NCBI GenBank assembly: GCA_964430945.1
Contig: CAYSHH010000001.1
Location: 6,473 to 70,472 of the forward strand
Origin: an uncultured Candidatus Saccharibacteria bacterium
Lineage (GTDB): Bacteria > Patescibacteriota > UBA1384 > JAMDBS01 > CAYSHH01
Direction: 5' to 3'
Length of the DNA: 64,000 nt
Shown: in pieces, positions 40,078 to 48,863 of the stretch
Layout of the letters: each line of letters begins with the position of its first letter
Numbering within the stretch: the first letter of the stretch is position 1
The notes under the pieces: model-generated
What the model saw: only the letters and a program-made list of their open reading frames with translations
Database searches by the model: none
Told to the model about the DNA's origin: nothing
Made by a program: the position numbers and the translations under genes

Positions 40078-41013
40078 CTATTTTCCAAAATCAGGATTAA
40101 CCCCATAATATTTACAGGCCTGTTCATATGTTTTAGGATACTGACTTCTAATTGATATTGGAATATTATTTTTTCTTTCAAAACTAACTACAGCATCGCT
40201 AACCATTGTCCATATCCTATCTCTTTCCGTTTTAGCATATTTAGCAATACTATTCAAAAAATTTTGCCGATATTTTTTCATTCCTCCTCCAACATCCAAA
40301 GCAAAATATCTCGCTAGTTGGAATACATTACCTTCATAATCTGCGGTATCAACCGAGCCTATAAGCTGATTTATACTGTCCTTAATGGAACTATCGTCAA
40401 TAAGTTGAATATCAACATCACGGTATGCATTAAATTCAATATCTGGGAATAACTTTTCAAATTTATTAAATATAAACTTATCTATGATTTTTTTTGCAGC
40501 GATAAATTTCAATTTCTTTAAATTTTCCGAATCATAGCTATTAGGCTTTGTCTTATTTTGCAATGATTTTTGAGCCTGACTCACGCTAAATGAATTATTT
40601 TTTGCCAATATCAATTCTTCTTTAAACTCTTGGGTTAATTTTTTTTCTTTTATAAAACTAAAGCATTTTTTCTTAAACTGACCTTGATTAATATATATCG
40701 TAACATCAATATCAGATAAATTGTGTGTTTTATGATTTAACGCTTTACCTTTGCTCAAAGAACCAAACAAAATCATACCTAAATCAATATTTAAATCTTT
40801 TTTTAGCTCAGTAAACATTTCTTTTAAATTTCTAATTCTTTCTCGGGAATATCTATCTTGAGATATTTCAAATCTCTTATGCTCCGATGAATTATAATCA
40901 ACCTTGCCTCCCATTGGATCATTACCAATACCGATAGATTCCCTTTTTTCGCATTCATTATCAACTTGATATTGTTGACCTATGTTTTCACTGTTTAATG
41001 ATCTTTCATCCAT
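40078..41013 (-). CDS. Pol-beta-superfamily nucleotidyltransferase (island gene 3)
   Basis: 311 aa. Helix followed by GMILFGSLSKGKALNHKTHNLSDIDVTIY, i.e. a GS...D[IV]D nucleotidyltransferase motif; long C-terminal helical region. Confidence 0.55.
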   Translation of the reverse strand: MDERSLNSENIGQQYQVDNECEKRESIGIGNDPMGGKVDYNSSEHKRFEISQDRYSRERIRNLKEMFTELKKDLNIDLGMILFGSLSKGKALNHKTHNLSDIDVTIYINQGQFKKKCFSFIKEKKLTQEFKEELILAKNNSFSVSQAQKSLQNKTKPNSYDSENLKKLKFIAAKKIIDKFIFNKFEKLFPDIEFNAYRDVDIQLIDDSSIKDSINQLIGSVDTADYEGNVFQLARYFALDVGGGMKKYRQNFLNSIAKYAKTERDRIWTMVSDAVVSFERKNNIPISIRSQYPKTYEQACKYYGVNPDFGK

Positions 41014-41023
41014 AATAATTTAA

Positions 41024-41479
41024 TTATAATGCTCCTATATTCTCAAGACCTCTTCTAAATTTATTTAAAGCGTTTTTGCATTCGTTATTTGTCGGCTTGT
41101 GATTTTCTTCATGTGTAATCTGATTTCTCAGTTTATGTGCTTGCCAAATCATCTGATATGTATTTTTATTAAAATGATCTTCCCAATTTCTCAGTCTATG
41201 AGCGAACGTCTCACCTTGGGCACCACCATGACGAAGTTGTGCATCAAAAAACTTGTCAGCTCTCACTACAGCCTGTTCGGCATGTACTTGATCACCAGAA
41301 TCTAAAAGTTTCTCAATCTCAATCCATTTAGCTAAATTTTTAGCTTTATCGTATCTATCTTTTTCCTTTATTCCAAATATTTTTTTAAACGGCCAACTCA
41401 CCAAAAACCACAATCCCTTTCCCAAAGATATAAAAATACTTTCTAAAAAACCTGGTTGACTACGATGATACCTTGACAT
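41024..41479 (-). CDS. HEPN-like protein with N-terminal hydrophobic segment (island gene 2)
   Basis: 151 aa. N-terminal FLESIFISLGKGLWFLVSWPF hydrophobic stretch; C-terminal AHKLRNQITHEENH fits the HEPN Rx4-6H motif (RNxxxH). Confidence 0.4.
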   Translation of the reverse strand: MSRYHRSQPGFLESIFISLGKGLWFLVSWPFKKIFGIKEKDRYDKAKNLAKWIEIEKLLDSGDQVHAEQAVVRADKFFDAQLRHGGAQGETFAHRLRNWEDHFNKNTYQMIWQAHKLRNQITHEENHKPTNNECKNALNKFRRGLENIGAL

Positions 41480-41730
41480 TAATTATTTTTTATTTCATTT
41501 TGATTAATTTTCAATTCATCTTGATTTTCATCAATTGTTGCTCGATTTTCATTTGGTTTTTCTCCAATTTCTTCTTGAACTCTATCTTTTGTTTTTTTTC
41601 GTTCCTCTCTGTTTTGCTTTGCGACTTCTTTTAGTTTATCCCAACTTGCTTTTTCTGGCTTACGATCACTTTGATTTAAATCTTCTAACATTTTTCGAGT
41701 GTCAAATGGTCCCAAAGGTCTTTCTCTCAT
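41479..41730 (-). CDS. Small highly charged (Lys/Glu/Arg-rich) protein (island gene 1)
   Basis: 83 aa, predicted disordered/coiled. Stop overlaps the start of the HEPN-like gene by 1 nt; preceded by AAGGAGAAAAAT-ATG. Confidence 0.4.
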   Translation of the reverse strand: MRERPLGPFDTRKMLEDLNQSDRKPEKASWDKLKEVAKQNREERKKTKDRVQEEIGEKPNENRATIDENQDELKINQNEIKNN

Positions 41731-41744
41731 ATTTTTCTCCTTAT

Positions 41745-41791
41745 AATCACTATATAGAGTGATTTAAGCGACTCCAAAATTTTCTCGGAGT
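41745..41791 (-). promoter_or_regulatory. Two adjacent hairpins in the gatA-island junction
   Basis: AATCACT-atatag-AGTGATT (41745..41764) and ACTCC-aaaattttctc-GGAGT (41771..41791), in the 68-nt gap between the gatA stop and the first island gene. Confidence 0.3.
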
Positions 41792-41798
41792 TTAGCTT

Positions 41799-43259
41799 TC
41801 ATTTAACTAATTTCTCATATTTATCTGCAATACTTAATATCAGCTCCTCCGACCACTGTGGTCCTAAGATTTGCATTCCAACAGGAAGTCCTTCAACTTT
41901 TCCAACTGGAATTGAAACTGCTGGAATTCCTGCAATATTTGCCCCAACCGTGTAGACATCAGCCAGATACATGCTAAGCGGATCTTCTTCACGTTCACCA
42001 ATCTTAAACGGCAATGTTGGAGAAGTTGGAGTAATAATTATATCAACTTCGTGAAATGCTTTTTCAAAATCCTTCATTACCAAAGTTCTCACCTTCATTG
42101 CTTTTTTATAATACGCATCAAGATATCCAGAGCTTAAGACATAAGTTCCGAGCATAATTCTTCTTTTTGCTTCATCGCCAAAACCTTCCGCACGAGATTT
42201 TAAATATAGCTCGGAAAGATCCTTGGCTGATTTACTCTGATGTCCGTATCGAATTCCATCGTATCGAGCTAAGTTTGATGATACTTCAGCTGGCTGGACA
42301 ATATAATAAACCGCAAGTGCATAATCTGTCATTGGTAAACTTATTTGTTTAACTTGTGCACCTTGTCCTTCCAATATTTTTACTGCATTTTTTACTTTTT
42401 CCTCTATCTTAGGATTCAACCCCTTAGCAAAATATTCCTTAGGTAATCCAATCTTTAAATCTTTTAGCTTGTAGTTTGTAGTTTGTAGCTTTTTAGAATT
42501 AAAATCTTTATTCGGTACTGTAGTAGAATCTTTGATATCAACTCCACTTATAATTTCAAGAAGCATTGCTGCATCTTCTGCGCTTTTAGTAATTGGCCCT
42601 GGGACATCCAAACTCGAAGCCATAGCAACAAGTCCGTAACGTGATGCTCTACCATAAGTTGGTTTAAGCCCAACCACATTACAAAATCCAGCTGGCTGGC
42701 GAATAGAACCACCAGTATCAGTTCCAAATGATGCAAAGCCCATACCAGAGGCAACTGCTGCGCAGGATCCACCAGAAGATCCACCTGGAACTCTCTCTAA
42801 ATCGTACGGATTATGTGTTGTGAAAAACTGGGAATTTTCTGTTGAACTTCCATGCGCCCAAGCATCCATATTACATTTACCAACAATTACAGCACCCGCA
42901 TTTTTTAATCTTTCGACGATTGTCGCATCATAAGCTGGCACAAAATCCTCTAACATCTTAGAAGCTGCAGTAGTTCGAATTCCTTTTGTTAAAATATTAT
43001 CTTTCAAAGATATTGGCACACCATCAACTTTCGAAAGTCTCTTTCCTTCGTTGATTCTTTTATCAGCCTCTTTCGCTTGCTCAAGCGCTTCTTTCTCTGA
43101 AATAGTAATAAATGCCTTAATTTGTGGATCTTTCAGCTTAATTTGTTCCAATACTAATTTAGTCAGTTCAACTGAACTAACTTCTTTTTGATCTAAAAGT
43201 TCCGATATCTCCGATATCGATTTTTCTAAAATTTTAAATTTTGATCTGTCATTTTGCAT
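41799..43259 (-). CDS. gatA: Glutamyl-tRNA(Gln) amidotransferase subunit A (amidase signature family)
   Basis: 486 aa. Amidase signature GGSSGGSCAAVASGMGFASFGTDTGGSIRQPA. Confidence 0.95.
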   Translation of the reverse strand: MQNDRSKFKILEKSISEISELLDQKEVSSVELTKLVLEQIKLKDPQIKAFITISEKEALEQAKEADKRINEGKRLSKVDGVPISLKDNILTKGIRTTAASKMLEDFVPAYDATIVERLKNAGAVIVGKCNMDAWAHGSSTENSQFFTTHNPYDLERVPGGSSGGSCAAVASGMGFASFGTDTGGSIRQPAGFCNVVGLKPTYGRASRYGLVAMASSLDVPGPITKSAEDAAMLLEIISGVDIKDSTTVPNKDFNSKKLQTTNYKLKDLKIGLPKEYFAKGLNPKIEEKVKNAVKILEGQGAQVKQISLPMTDYALAVYYIVQPAEVSSNLARYDGIRYGHQSKSAKDLSELYLKSRAEGFGDEAKRRIMLGTYVLSSGYLDAYYKKAMKVRTLVMKDFEKAFHEVDIIITPTSPTLPFKIGEREEDPLSMYLADVYTVGANIAGIPAVSIPVGKVEGLPVGMQILGPQWSEELILSIADKYEKLVK

Positions 43260-43280
43260 TTTGATCTTTGATTTTTTAAT

Positions 43281-43595
43281 TTATGATAGCATTTGTTTCA
43301 CTTTTACATAATCACCTTTTTTCTCTTTTGCATTTGAAAGTAATTCTTTTCTGTTTTTATCAACGTTCTTATCTGCTTTCCAAATATCACTCACTTCATC
43401 TTCTCGATAAATATTTTTAAGTCCTGTAACTTGCGAAGTTTCTTCAATATTTTCAGTTTTAACTTTATTAAGTTTCTCGACATAACCTAAAATACTCGAT
43501 AATTCTTTCGAGTATTTTTCTTTTTCTTTATCAGTAATATTTATACGAGCCAATCTTGATAAATGTTCAATTTCAGCTTTAGTAATATCATTCAT
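43281..43595 (-). CDS. gatC: Asp/Glu-tRNA amidotransferase subunit C
   Basis: 104 aa. N-terminal ITKAEIEHLSRLARINITDKEKEKYSKELSSILGYVEKL, typical GatC. Confidence 0.85.
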   Translation of the reverse strand: MNDITKAEIEHLSRLARINITDKEKEKYSKELSSILGYVEKLNKVKTENIEETSQVTGLKNIYREDEVSDIWKADKNVDKNRKELLSNAKEKKGDYVKVKQMLS

Positions 43596-43607
43596 AATTT
43601 ATCTTGA

Positions 43608-43636
43608 TTATAACAGTTTATTCGACCTGTTGTAAA
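43608..43636 (-). promoter_or_regulatory. sigma70-like promoter (TTTACA-17-TATAAT) for gatC, giving a near-leaderless transcript
   Basis: Minus-strand TTTACAacaggtcgaataaactgTTATAATcaagataaatt-ATG. Only about 12 nt separate the -10 from the start codon; no SD. Confidence 0.4.
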
Positions 43637-43730
43637 ATTTTATTTGTCCACAAAAAATTTCATATTTTTCTGATATCATGTAATTAACAAATGTAAGTTT
43701 TCGTTCGTTTATTTGATAGGAGGGATATCA

Positions 43731-43928
43731 ATGCAAAACAATAGTACTTTTAAAGTACTCCAAAAAGCGATGGACTTATCTCGTCGAAGAAAAGATGATG
43801 GCAAAATTTCCCGATCTAGTCTGAACGATTCTCAGACTCAACCACAACAAAAAACCACGAAACAACCAAGATCATCAAATATTATTATATCGACTTCCGC
43901 CCCGAAAGAACCAATCTGTGTTTTCTAA
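43731..43928 (+). CDS. Small hypothetical protein (65 aa) with SD and own terminator
   Basis: AGGAGGGATATCA-ATG; polar, Lys/Arg/Ser/Gln-rich product; followed by a hairpin and T-run. ORF track starts it 18 nt earlier, at 43713. Confidence 0.35.
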   Translation: MQNNSTFKVLQKAMDLSRRRKDDGKISRSSLNDSQTQPQQKTTKQPRSSNIIISTSAPKEPICVF

Positions 43929-43940
43929 AAACAATACCTA

Positions 43941-43979
43941 CCCAATCACAACAAGCTCTTATGTCTGATTGGGTTTTTT
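43941..43979 (+). terminator. Terminator-like hairpin (CCCAATCA...TGATTGGG + T6)
   Basis: 8-bp stem with 17-nt loop followed by TTTTTT; overlaps the ligA stop region on the other strand. Confidence 0.35.
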
Positions 43980-46020
43980 ATTTTATCATCCCCAAAAATC
44001 CTTTTTCATTAATTATCTCAACATTATTTTTCTTTGCTTTTTCAAACTTACTTCCGGGATTTTCACCACTAATAAGATAATTAGTTTTACTAGTTATAGA
44101 ACTTAAGACTTTGCCACCATACTGGATAATTTTTTTATGAGCATCTTCGCGAGTAAGTGTTGGAAGTGTACCAGTCACAACAAACGATTGTCCTTTGAGT
44201 TTATTGGCACTGACTGGTGAATGATAGTTTTGAACAACAATATCAGCTTTCAATAAATCGTCGACAAATTTTTGATGTCCAATATTTTTAAGCCAATCGC
44301 ATATCTCTTTAGCAGTTTTATCTGCTACTCCATACATGCGTCTAATACTTTCATAATTCGCTTTTCTAAATTTTTCTAAAGTATGGAATTGCTTTGCCAA
44401 ATCTACTGCCATTTCAGCCCCTACACTTCTAATAGAAAGTGCATAAATAAATCTATCAAGTGTAATTTTCTTAGCACTTTGAATAGAGTTATAGGTATTT
44501 TGTGAAGATTTTTCTGCAAATCTTTCTAAAGGTTCTAAATCACCTGGCTCTAGCTTAAATAAATCTACTGCCGATTTAATAAGTCCTGCATCGATAAGTT
44601 GGTCAATGACTTTTGGCCCTAATCCCTCCATATTAAAAGCTGATTTTGAAACAAAATGCACAATTCTTCGCCTCATCTGCGAAGCACAGTTTTTATTTGG
44701 ACATCGTGTAATTGCTTCTCCTTCTGGCCTGACAACCCCTACACCGCAAATTGGACATTTTTTTGGCATATGAAACTCTCGAGCAGTTTTAGGCCTCAAT
44801 CGCTTTAATACCTCAACAACTTCAGGTATAACATCTCCAGCCTTTTGAATAATCACTGTATCACCCACACGCACATCTTTTTTATGAATTTCATCCTCAT
44901 TGTGAAGTGTAGCACGACTTATTGTTGATCCAGCTACAAGTACAGGCTCAAGTATCGCCACAGGGGTTAAAGCTCCTGTCCTACCTACCTGCACCACAAT
45001 ATTATTTATTGTAGTTGTTGCTTGCTCTGCTGCCCATTTGTAAGCAATCTCCCAACGATAAGCTTTGCCAATATATCCAAGTTTTTTCCTCTCTATTAAA
45101 TTATTTACTTTAATAACTACTCCATCAACCTGATACGGTAGCTTTTCTCTTTTCTTTTGCCAAAGCTTATATAATTTTTCTATATCTGTGGTAGTTCTCA
45201 CAATTTGAGCATGGGGATTGATTTTAAATCCTACTTTTTTAGCAATTTCAAAATTTTCTAAATGAGTTTTGGTGCCTATATCCGTATCAATACTATAAAT
45301 ATTAAAATCAAGCTTTCTTAGTGCAGTCACCTTAGGATTTAATTGACGAATAGATCCTGCGGCAATATTTCTTGGATTAGCATATTTAGCCAATCCCTTT
45401 TTTTCCTGTTCTTTGTTTAATCTTTGAAATTCTTTTTTAGAAATATAAACTTCCCCCCGAACTTCAAATATTCCATTTTTAATAATTTCTTCTAATTTTG
45501 AATTTTTAATTATTTTTTTAAGTTTTTCGCTTTGAGTTTTAAGTTCTAATGGAATTGATTCAATTGTCCTAATGTTTTGTGTGACATCCTCTCCGATGAC
45601 TCCATCACCACGTGTAGCAGCTTGTATAAGTACTCCCTTTTCATAAATCAATGAGACTGCCAACCCATCCATTTTAAGCTCTGCAAAATATTCTTTTGGT
45701 TTATGACCCAAAATTTTACTTATCCGAGTTTCCCAATCAATAATTTCTTCGTATGTAAAAGCATCCTCCATGCTCATCATCCGAGTTTTGTGTTTTACCT
45801 TTTTGAATTTATCCAATGCTTTTCCACCCACCCTTTGAGTTGGAGAATCAGATGTAATAAACTCAGGATATTTGTGCTCTAGCTCATAAAGTTTATGCTT
45901 AAGAGAGTCTAAAGCCGCATCGGTTATTTCTTCACGATCAAGTACGTGATACAAATATCGATGATGATTAATCTCTTTTTTTAATGCTTCTATTCTTTTT
46001 TTCACTTCATTTTTATCCAT
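43978..46020 (-). CDS. ligA: NAD-dependent DNA ligase
   Basis: 680 aa. Adenylation motif KMDGLAVSLIYEKG; Cys4 zinc finger (CPICG...CPNKNC); HhH and BRCT regions. Confidence 0.95.
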   Translation of the reverse strand: MDKNEVKKRIEALKKEINHHRYLYHVLDREEITDAALDSLKHKLYELEHKYPEFITSDSPTQRVGGKALDKFKKVKHKTRMMSMEDAFTYEEIIDWETRISKILGHKPKEYFAELKMDGLAVSLIYEKGVLIQAATRGDGVIGEDVTQNIRTIESIPLELKTQSEKLKKIIKNSKLEEIIKNGIFEVRGEVYISKKEFQRLNKEQEKKGLAKYANPRNIAAGSIRQLNPKVTALRKLDFNIYSIDTDIGTKTHLENFEIAKKVGFKINPHAQIVRTTTDIEKLYKLWQKKREKLPYQVDGVVIKVNNLIERKKLGYIGKAYRWEIAYKWAAEQATTTINNIVVQVGRTGALTPVAILEPVLVAGSTISRATLHNEDEIHKKDVRVGDTVIIQKAGDVIPEVVEVLKRLRPKTAREFHMPKKCPICGVGVVRPEGEAITRCPNKNCASQMRRRIVHFVSKSAFNMEGLGPKVIDQLIDAGLIKSAVDLFKLEPGDLEPLERFAEKSSQNTYNSIQSAKKITLDRFIYALSIRSVGAEMAVDLAKQFHTLEKFRKANYESIRRMYGVADKTAKEICDWLKNIGHQKFVDDLLKADIVVQNYHSPVSANKLKGQSFVVTGTLPTLTREDAHKKIIQYGGKVLSSITSKTNYLISGENPGSKFEKAKKNNVEIINEKGFLGMIK

Positions 46021-46096
46021 ACTATTATTTTAAACTTTTATATAAGATTGACAAGTAATACTTATGTATATTTCGAAAAGATCATAATATTTACTT

Positions 46097-46120
46097 AAAA
46101 GCTCCCTTAAGGGAGCTTTT
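46097..46120 (-). terminator. Palindromic terminator hairpin AAAAGCTCCC-TTAA-GGGAGCTTTT
   Basis: Perfect 10-bp stem including flanking A/T runs, between the DUF2207-like gene stop and the ligA start; can act on either strand. Confidence 0.5.
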
Positions 46121-46149
46121 ATCTTTATCCAATTATATGATTTTTGTTT

Positions 46150-47880
46150 TTACCAACTTCCGCCACCACCTCCGCCGAATCCTCCTCCAGAACCACCACC
46201 GGAAAATCCAGATCCTCCGGAACCAGCTGAAGATGGAGCTGATATTAAAGCCGAATTCATGCTTGTTTGCATATCGGACATAGAAGAAGCAAAAACAACA
46301 GGGTAAAATGCACCACGACCTTCATACCAATCAGGTCTATCTATTTGCATTTTCTCAAACTTTTTAGACCATTCTTTTACTATTCCGAATATCATCGCAT
46401 AAGGCAGAAATTTCTCAAATATCTTATTATCTTCATTGAACTTTTGCCTATACCTCTCAGCAGTATACATATAAAGTTTAAATCCCTTAATCTGACGTGT
46501 TATTTCTACCCCCTTGTCAGTTCTTTTGGGCATAAGAAAAGAAAATATAATAATAAGAATTCCCGAACCAACAAAAGCGAACATTATCGGAAAAAATGAG
46601 CCCATGAAAAACACCAAAAATTCTGGCAAAAAAAATCCTAAAATAAGCACTACCACGCCAAACGCTAGATATTTATTTCTTACATTTTCCGGATTCTCTT
46701 CAAAATAACCATCCTTTTTTACAGTATCGTATAAATCTTTTTTAATATCTTTGATATATATATAAAATTTATTTCGCAATTCACTAATTTTTACTAGACT
46801 ATCTTCTTTAAATAGTCCATCCATAATTTTCATCTCATAATTCGCAAGTCCATTCCTTATCTTTTTTGTATCTGTCAGCAGATAATCTTTCCCACTACCA
46901 ATACCTAATATTTTCTTTTCTTCTAATTCTTTAATTTTAATATAACCTCTTACCGCCATATCAATAATCACTGCTGAAATATCATGAGTATCCACCTTTT
47001 CATCGTAAATAGTTCCCATAACTGCTGGGCTAAGTTTCTCTGGTGGAGCAAATTCTGGTACAACAGTTTTCTTCATATCTCTTGGGTCCTTACCTTTTTT
47101 ATAATAATTATTGATAAGTAATATTAGTACCAAAAAAGGCACCAAATAACCCCAGTTATCTTGAAGAAACCATTCGATTTGAGTCCAAACAGAATATTGT
47201 TTTATAACGCCTGGCTTAATTCCACTAACCACCGTAAACCCTTCTCCAGGTGTTAAAACGTCCCTTATACTTAAGTTTACCGAATTGTCCTGAACATCTA
47301 TTTGGCAATTACTTGTATTGGAGCCATAACTTCCTGTAAAACAGTTATTATCAAACATTTCTGCATTTTGAGGCCATGTTATCTTTATGTTTGCTTCTTT
47401 AATATCGACGGGCCAATCGTTTCCAGTCGCATTCCAATAAAACTCGTCGTGATCTGAAAAACTATTTATTACTCTATTTATAAAATATTCAATGGTATAA
47501 TGCTGGCTTCCAGAAATAAGCTTATCGGCATCACCGATTTTCAATTCTAAGTTTCCAGATGAACGCGATTCTTCATAACTCACACTATTTCCATCTTGAT
47601 CGGTAACACTTTTAACATCTATTCTTACGTCATAGTTATTACCATTTCTAGAATATTTATATGGAATATACCTATAAATTCCGTGTTTATTGAGATTATT
47701 GAAATTTACATCAATATCCTCTTTGACAGTTGCAGACCTATCTTCATTGATCACAACATCTGAGTTAAATTTATCAATTTCCCAGCCAGTATCGTTTGTA
47801 TCGTATGCCTGCGAATTACTAAAACCAAAAAATACTGCAAGAAAAGTTGCAACTATAAAAATATATAATATTTTTCTCAT
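46150..47880 (-). CDS. DUF2207-like membrane protein (N-terminal extracytoplasmic domain, TM helices, Gly-rich C-terminal tail)
   Basis: 576 aa. Signal peptide, large N-terminal domain, 3-4 TM, C-terminal SGGSGFSGGGSGGGFGGGGGGSW. Confidence 0.55.
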   Translation of the reverse strand: MRKILYIFIVATFLAVFFGFSNSQAYDTNDTGWEIDKFNSDVVINEDRSATVKEDIDVNFNNLNKHGIYRYIPYKYSRNGNNYDVRIDVKSVTDQDGNSVSYEESRSSGNLELKIGDADKLISGSQHYTIEYFINRVINSFSDHDEFYWNATGNDWPVDIKEANIKITWPQNAEMFDNNCFTGSYGSNTSNCQIDVQDNSVNLSIRDVLTPGEGFTVVSGIKPGVIKQYSVWTQIEWFLQDNWGYLVPFLVLILLINNYYKKGKDPRDMKKTVVPEFAPPEKLSPAVMGTIYDEKVDTHDISAVIIDMAVRGYIKIKELEEKKILGIGSGKDYLLTDTKKIRNGLANYEMKIMDGLFKEDSLVKISELRNKFYIYIKDIKKDLYDTVKKDGYFEENPENVRNKYLAFGVVVLILGFFLPEFLVFFMGSFFPIMFAFVGSGILIIIFSFLMPKRTDKGVEITRQIKGFKLYMYTAERYRQKFNEDNKIFEKFLPYAMIFGIVKEWSKKFEKMQIDRPDWYEGRGAFYPVVFASSMSDMQTSMNSALISAPSSAGSGGSGFSGGGSGGGFGGGGGGSW

Positions 47881-47894
47881 ATTTTAGTGATTTA

Positions 47895-48245
47895 TTATAT
47901 CTTCAAAGTCTCCGCATATTTGCCAACCACTGGAAGTGGTTTCATTTTACCATTAAGAGCATTCATTATACCCATAACAAATAGAACTGCAATCAATACA
48001 TATACTGCTACCATGATAAGCCATCCTAAAATCGGAATCCAATAGATTATCCATCCAAGCTGAGCAATAATTATCAAAACCAAAAGCGCCAACCCCTGTT
48101 TGCCATGGTATTGAGCAAAAGGAGAATCTTTTTTAGCCAAAAGAGGAATAAGACATAAGATTCCCAAATACCCAATAGCCGCAATTGCTTTATTCTCTTC
48201 GACATCCTTGCTCGATACTTTCTTCTCATTTTTTTCTTCAGTCAT
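47895..48245 (-). CDS. DUF4870-like small membrane protein
   Basis: 116 aa. AAIGYLGILCLIPLLAKKDSPFAQYHGKQGLAL motif followed by two TM helices. Confidence 0.5.
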   Translation of the reverse strand: MTEEKNEKKVSSKDVEENKAIAAIGYLGILCLIPLLAKKDSPFAQYHGKQGLALLVLIIIAQLGWIIYWIPILGWLIMVAVYVLIAVLFVMGIMNALNGKMKPLPVVGKYAETLKI

Positions 48246-48270
48246 ATTTTTTCCTTTTAATTATTTATTA

Positions 48271-48834
48271 TTATTTCTTCTTTTCATTAAAATCTACTTT
48301 TATAGCTTCTTTCTCTGCGCCTTGTGCTTCAAAAAGTTCCTTTTTGGTAAATCCTAGGTTGTTTGCAATTATATTATTTGGGAATACCTGAATTCTAGTA
48401 TTAAAATCACGCACATTACCATTATAAAATCTTCTAGACGCTTCAATCTTATCTTCAGTGCCAGTCAATTCATCTTGGAGTTTAGAAAAATTTTCATTTG
48501 CCTTAAGCTCAGGATAATTTTCTGCTATAGCAAACACGGATTTCAAGGCATCGGTAAGCATATTTTCTGCCTCAGCTTTATTTGCCATACCCTTTGCTCC
48601 CATCGCTTGAGTCCTAGCCTTGGTTACATCAATAAACACATTCTTTTCATGCTTGGCATATCCTTTTACTGTCTCAACCAAGTTCGGAATAAGATCATAT
48701 CTTCTTTTTGTTTGTACATCGATATCACTTTTTGCTTCTTCAACTCTATTTTTTAACCCAATAAGACCATTATACACTGCAATAATCCAGATAACTGCAA
48801 CGACTACAAGTCCAATAATTGCCCATAGTAACAT
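48271..48834 (-). CDS. lemA: LemA family protein
   Basis: 187 aa. N-terminal TM plus LIGLKNRVEEAKSDIDVQTKRRYDLIPNLVETVKGY. Confidence 0.8.
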   Translation of the reverse strand: MLLWAIIGLVVVAVIWIIAVYNGLIGLKNRVEEAKSDIDVQTKRRYDLIPNLVETVKGYAKHEKNVFIDVTKARTQAMGAKGMANKAEAENMLTDALKSVFAIAENYPELKANENFSKLQDELTGTEDKIEASRRFYNGNVRDFNTRIQVFPNNIIANNLGFTKKELFEAQGAEKEAIKVDFNEKKK

Positions 48835-48863
48835 ATTGATTCCTTTTTATATTTTAATTAATA

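Noticed and set aside
42455-42480. Tandem heptamer GTAGTTT x2.5 inside gatA
   Set aside because: It lies in frame within a conserved enzyme (encodes ..KLQTTNYKL.. on the minus strand) and is too short to be a functional repeat element; likely a slippage-derived small insertion.
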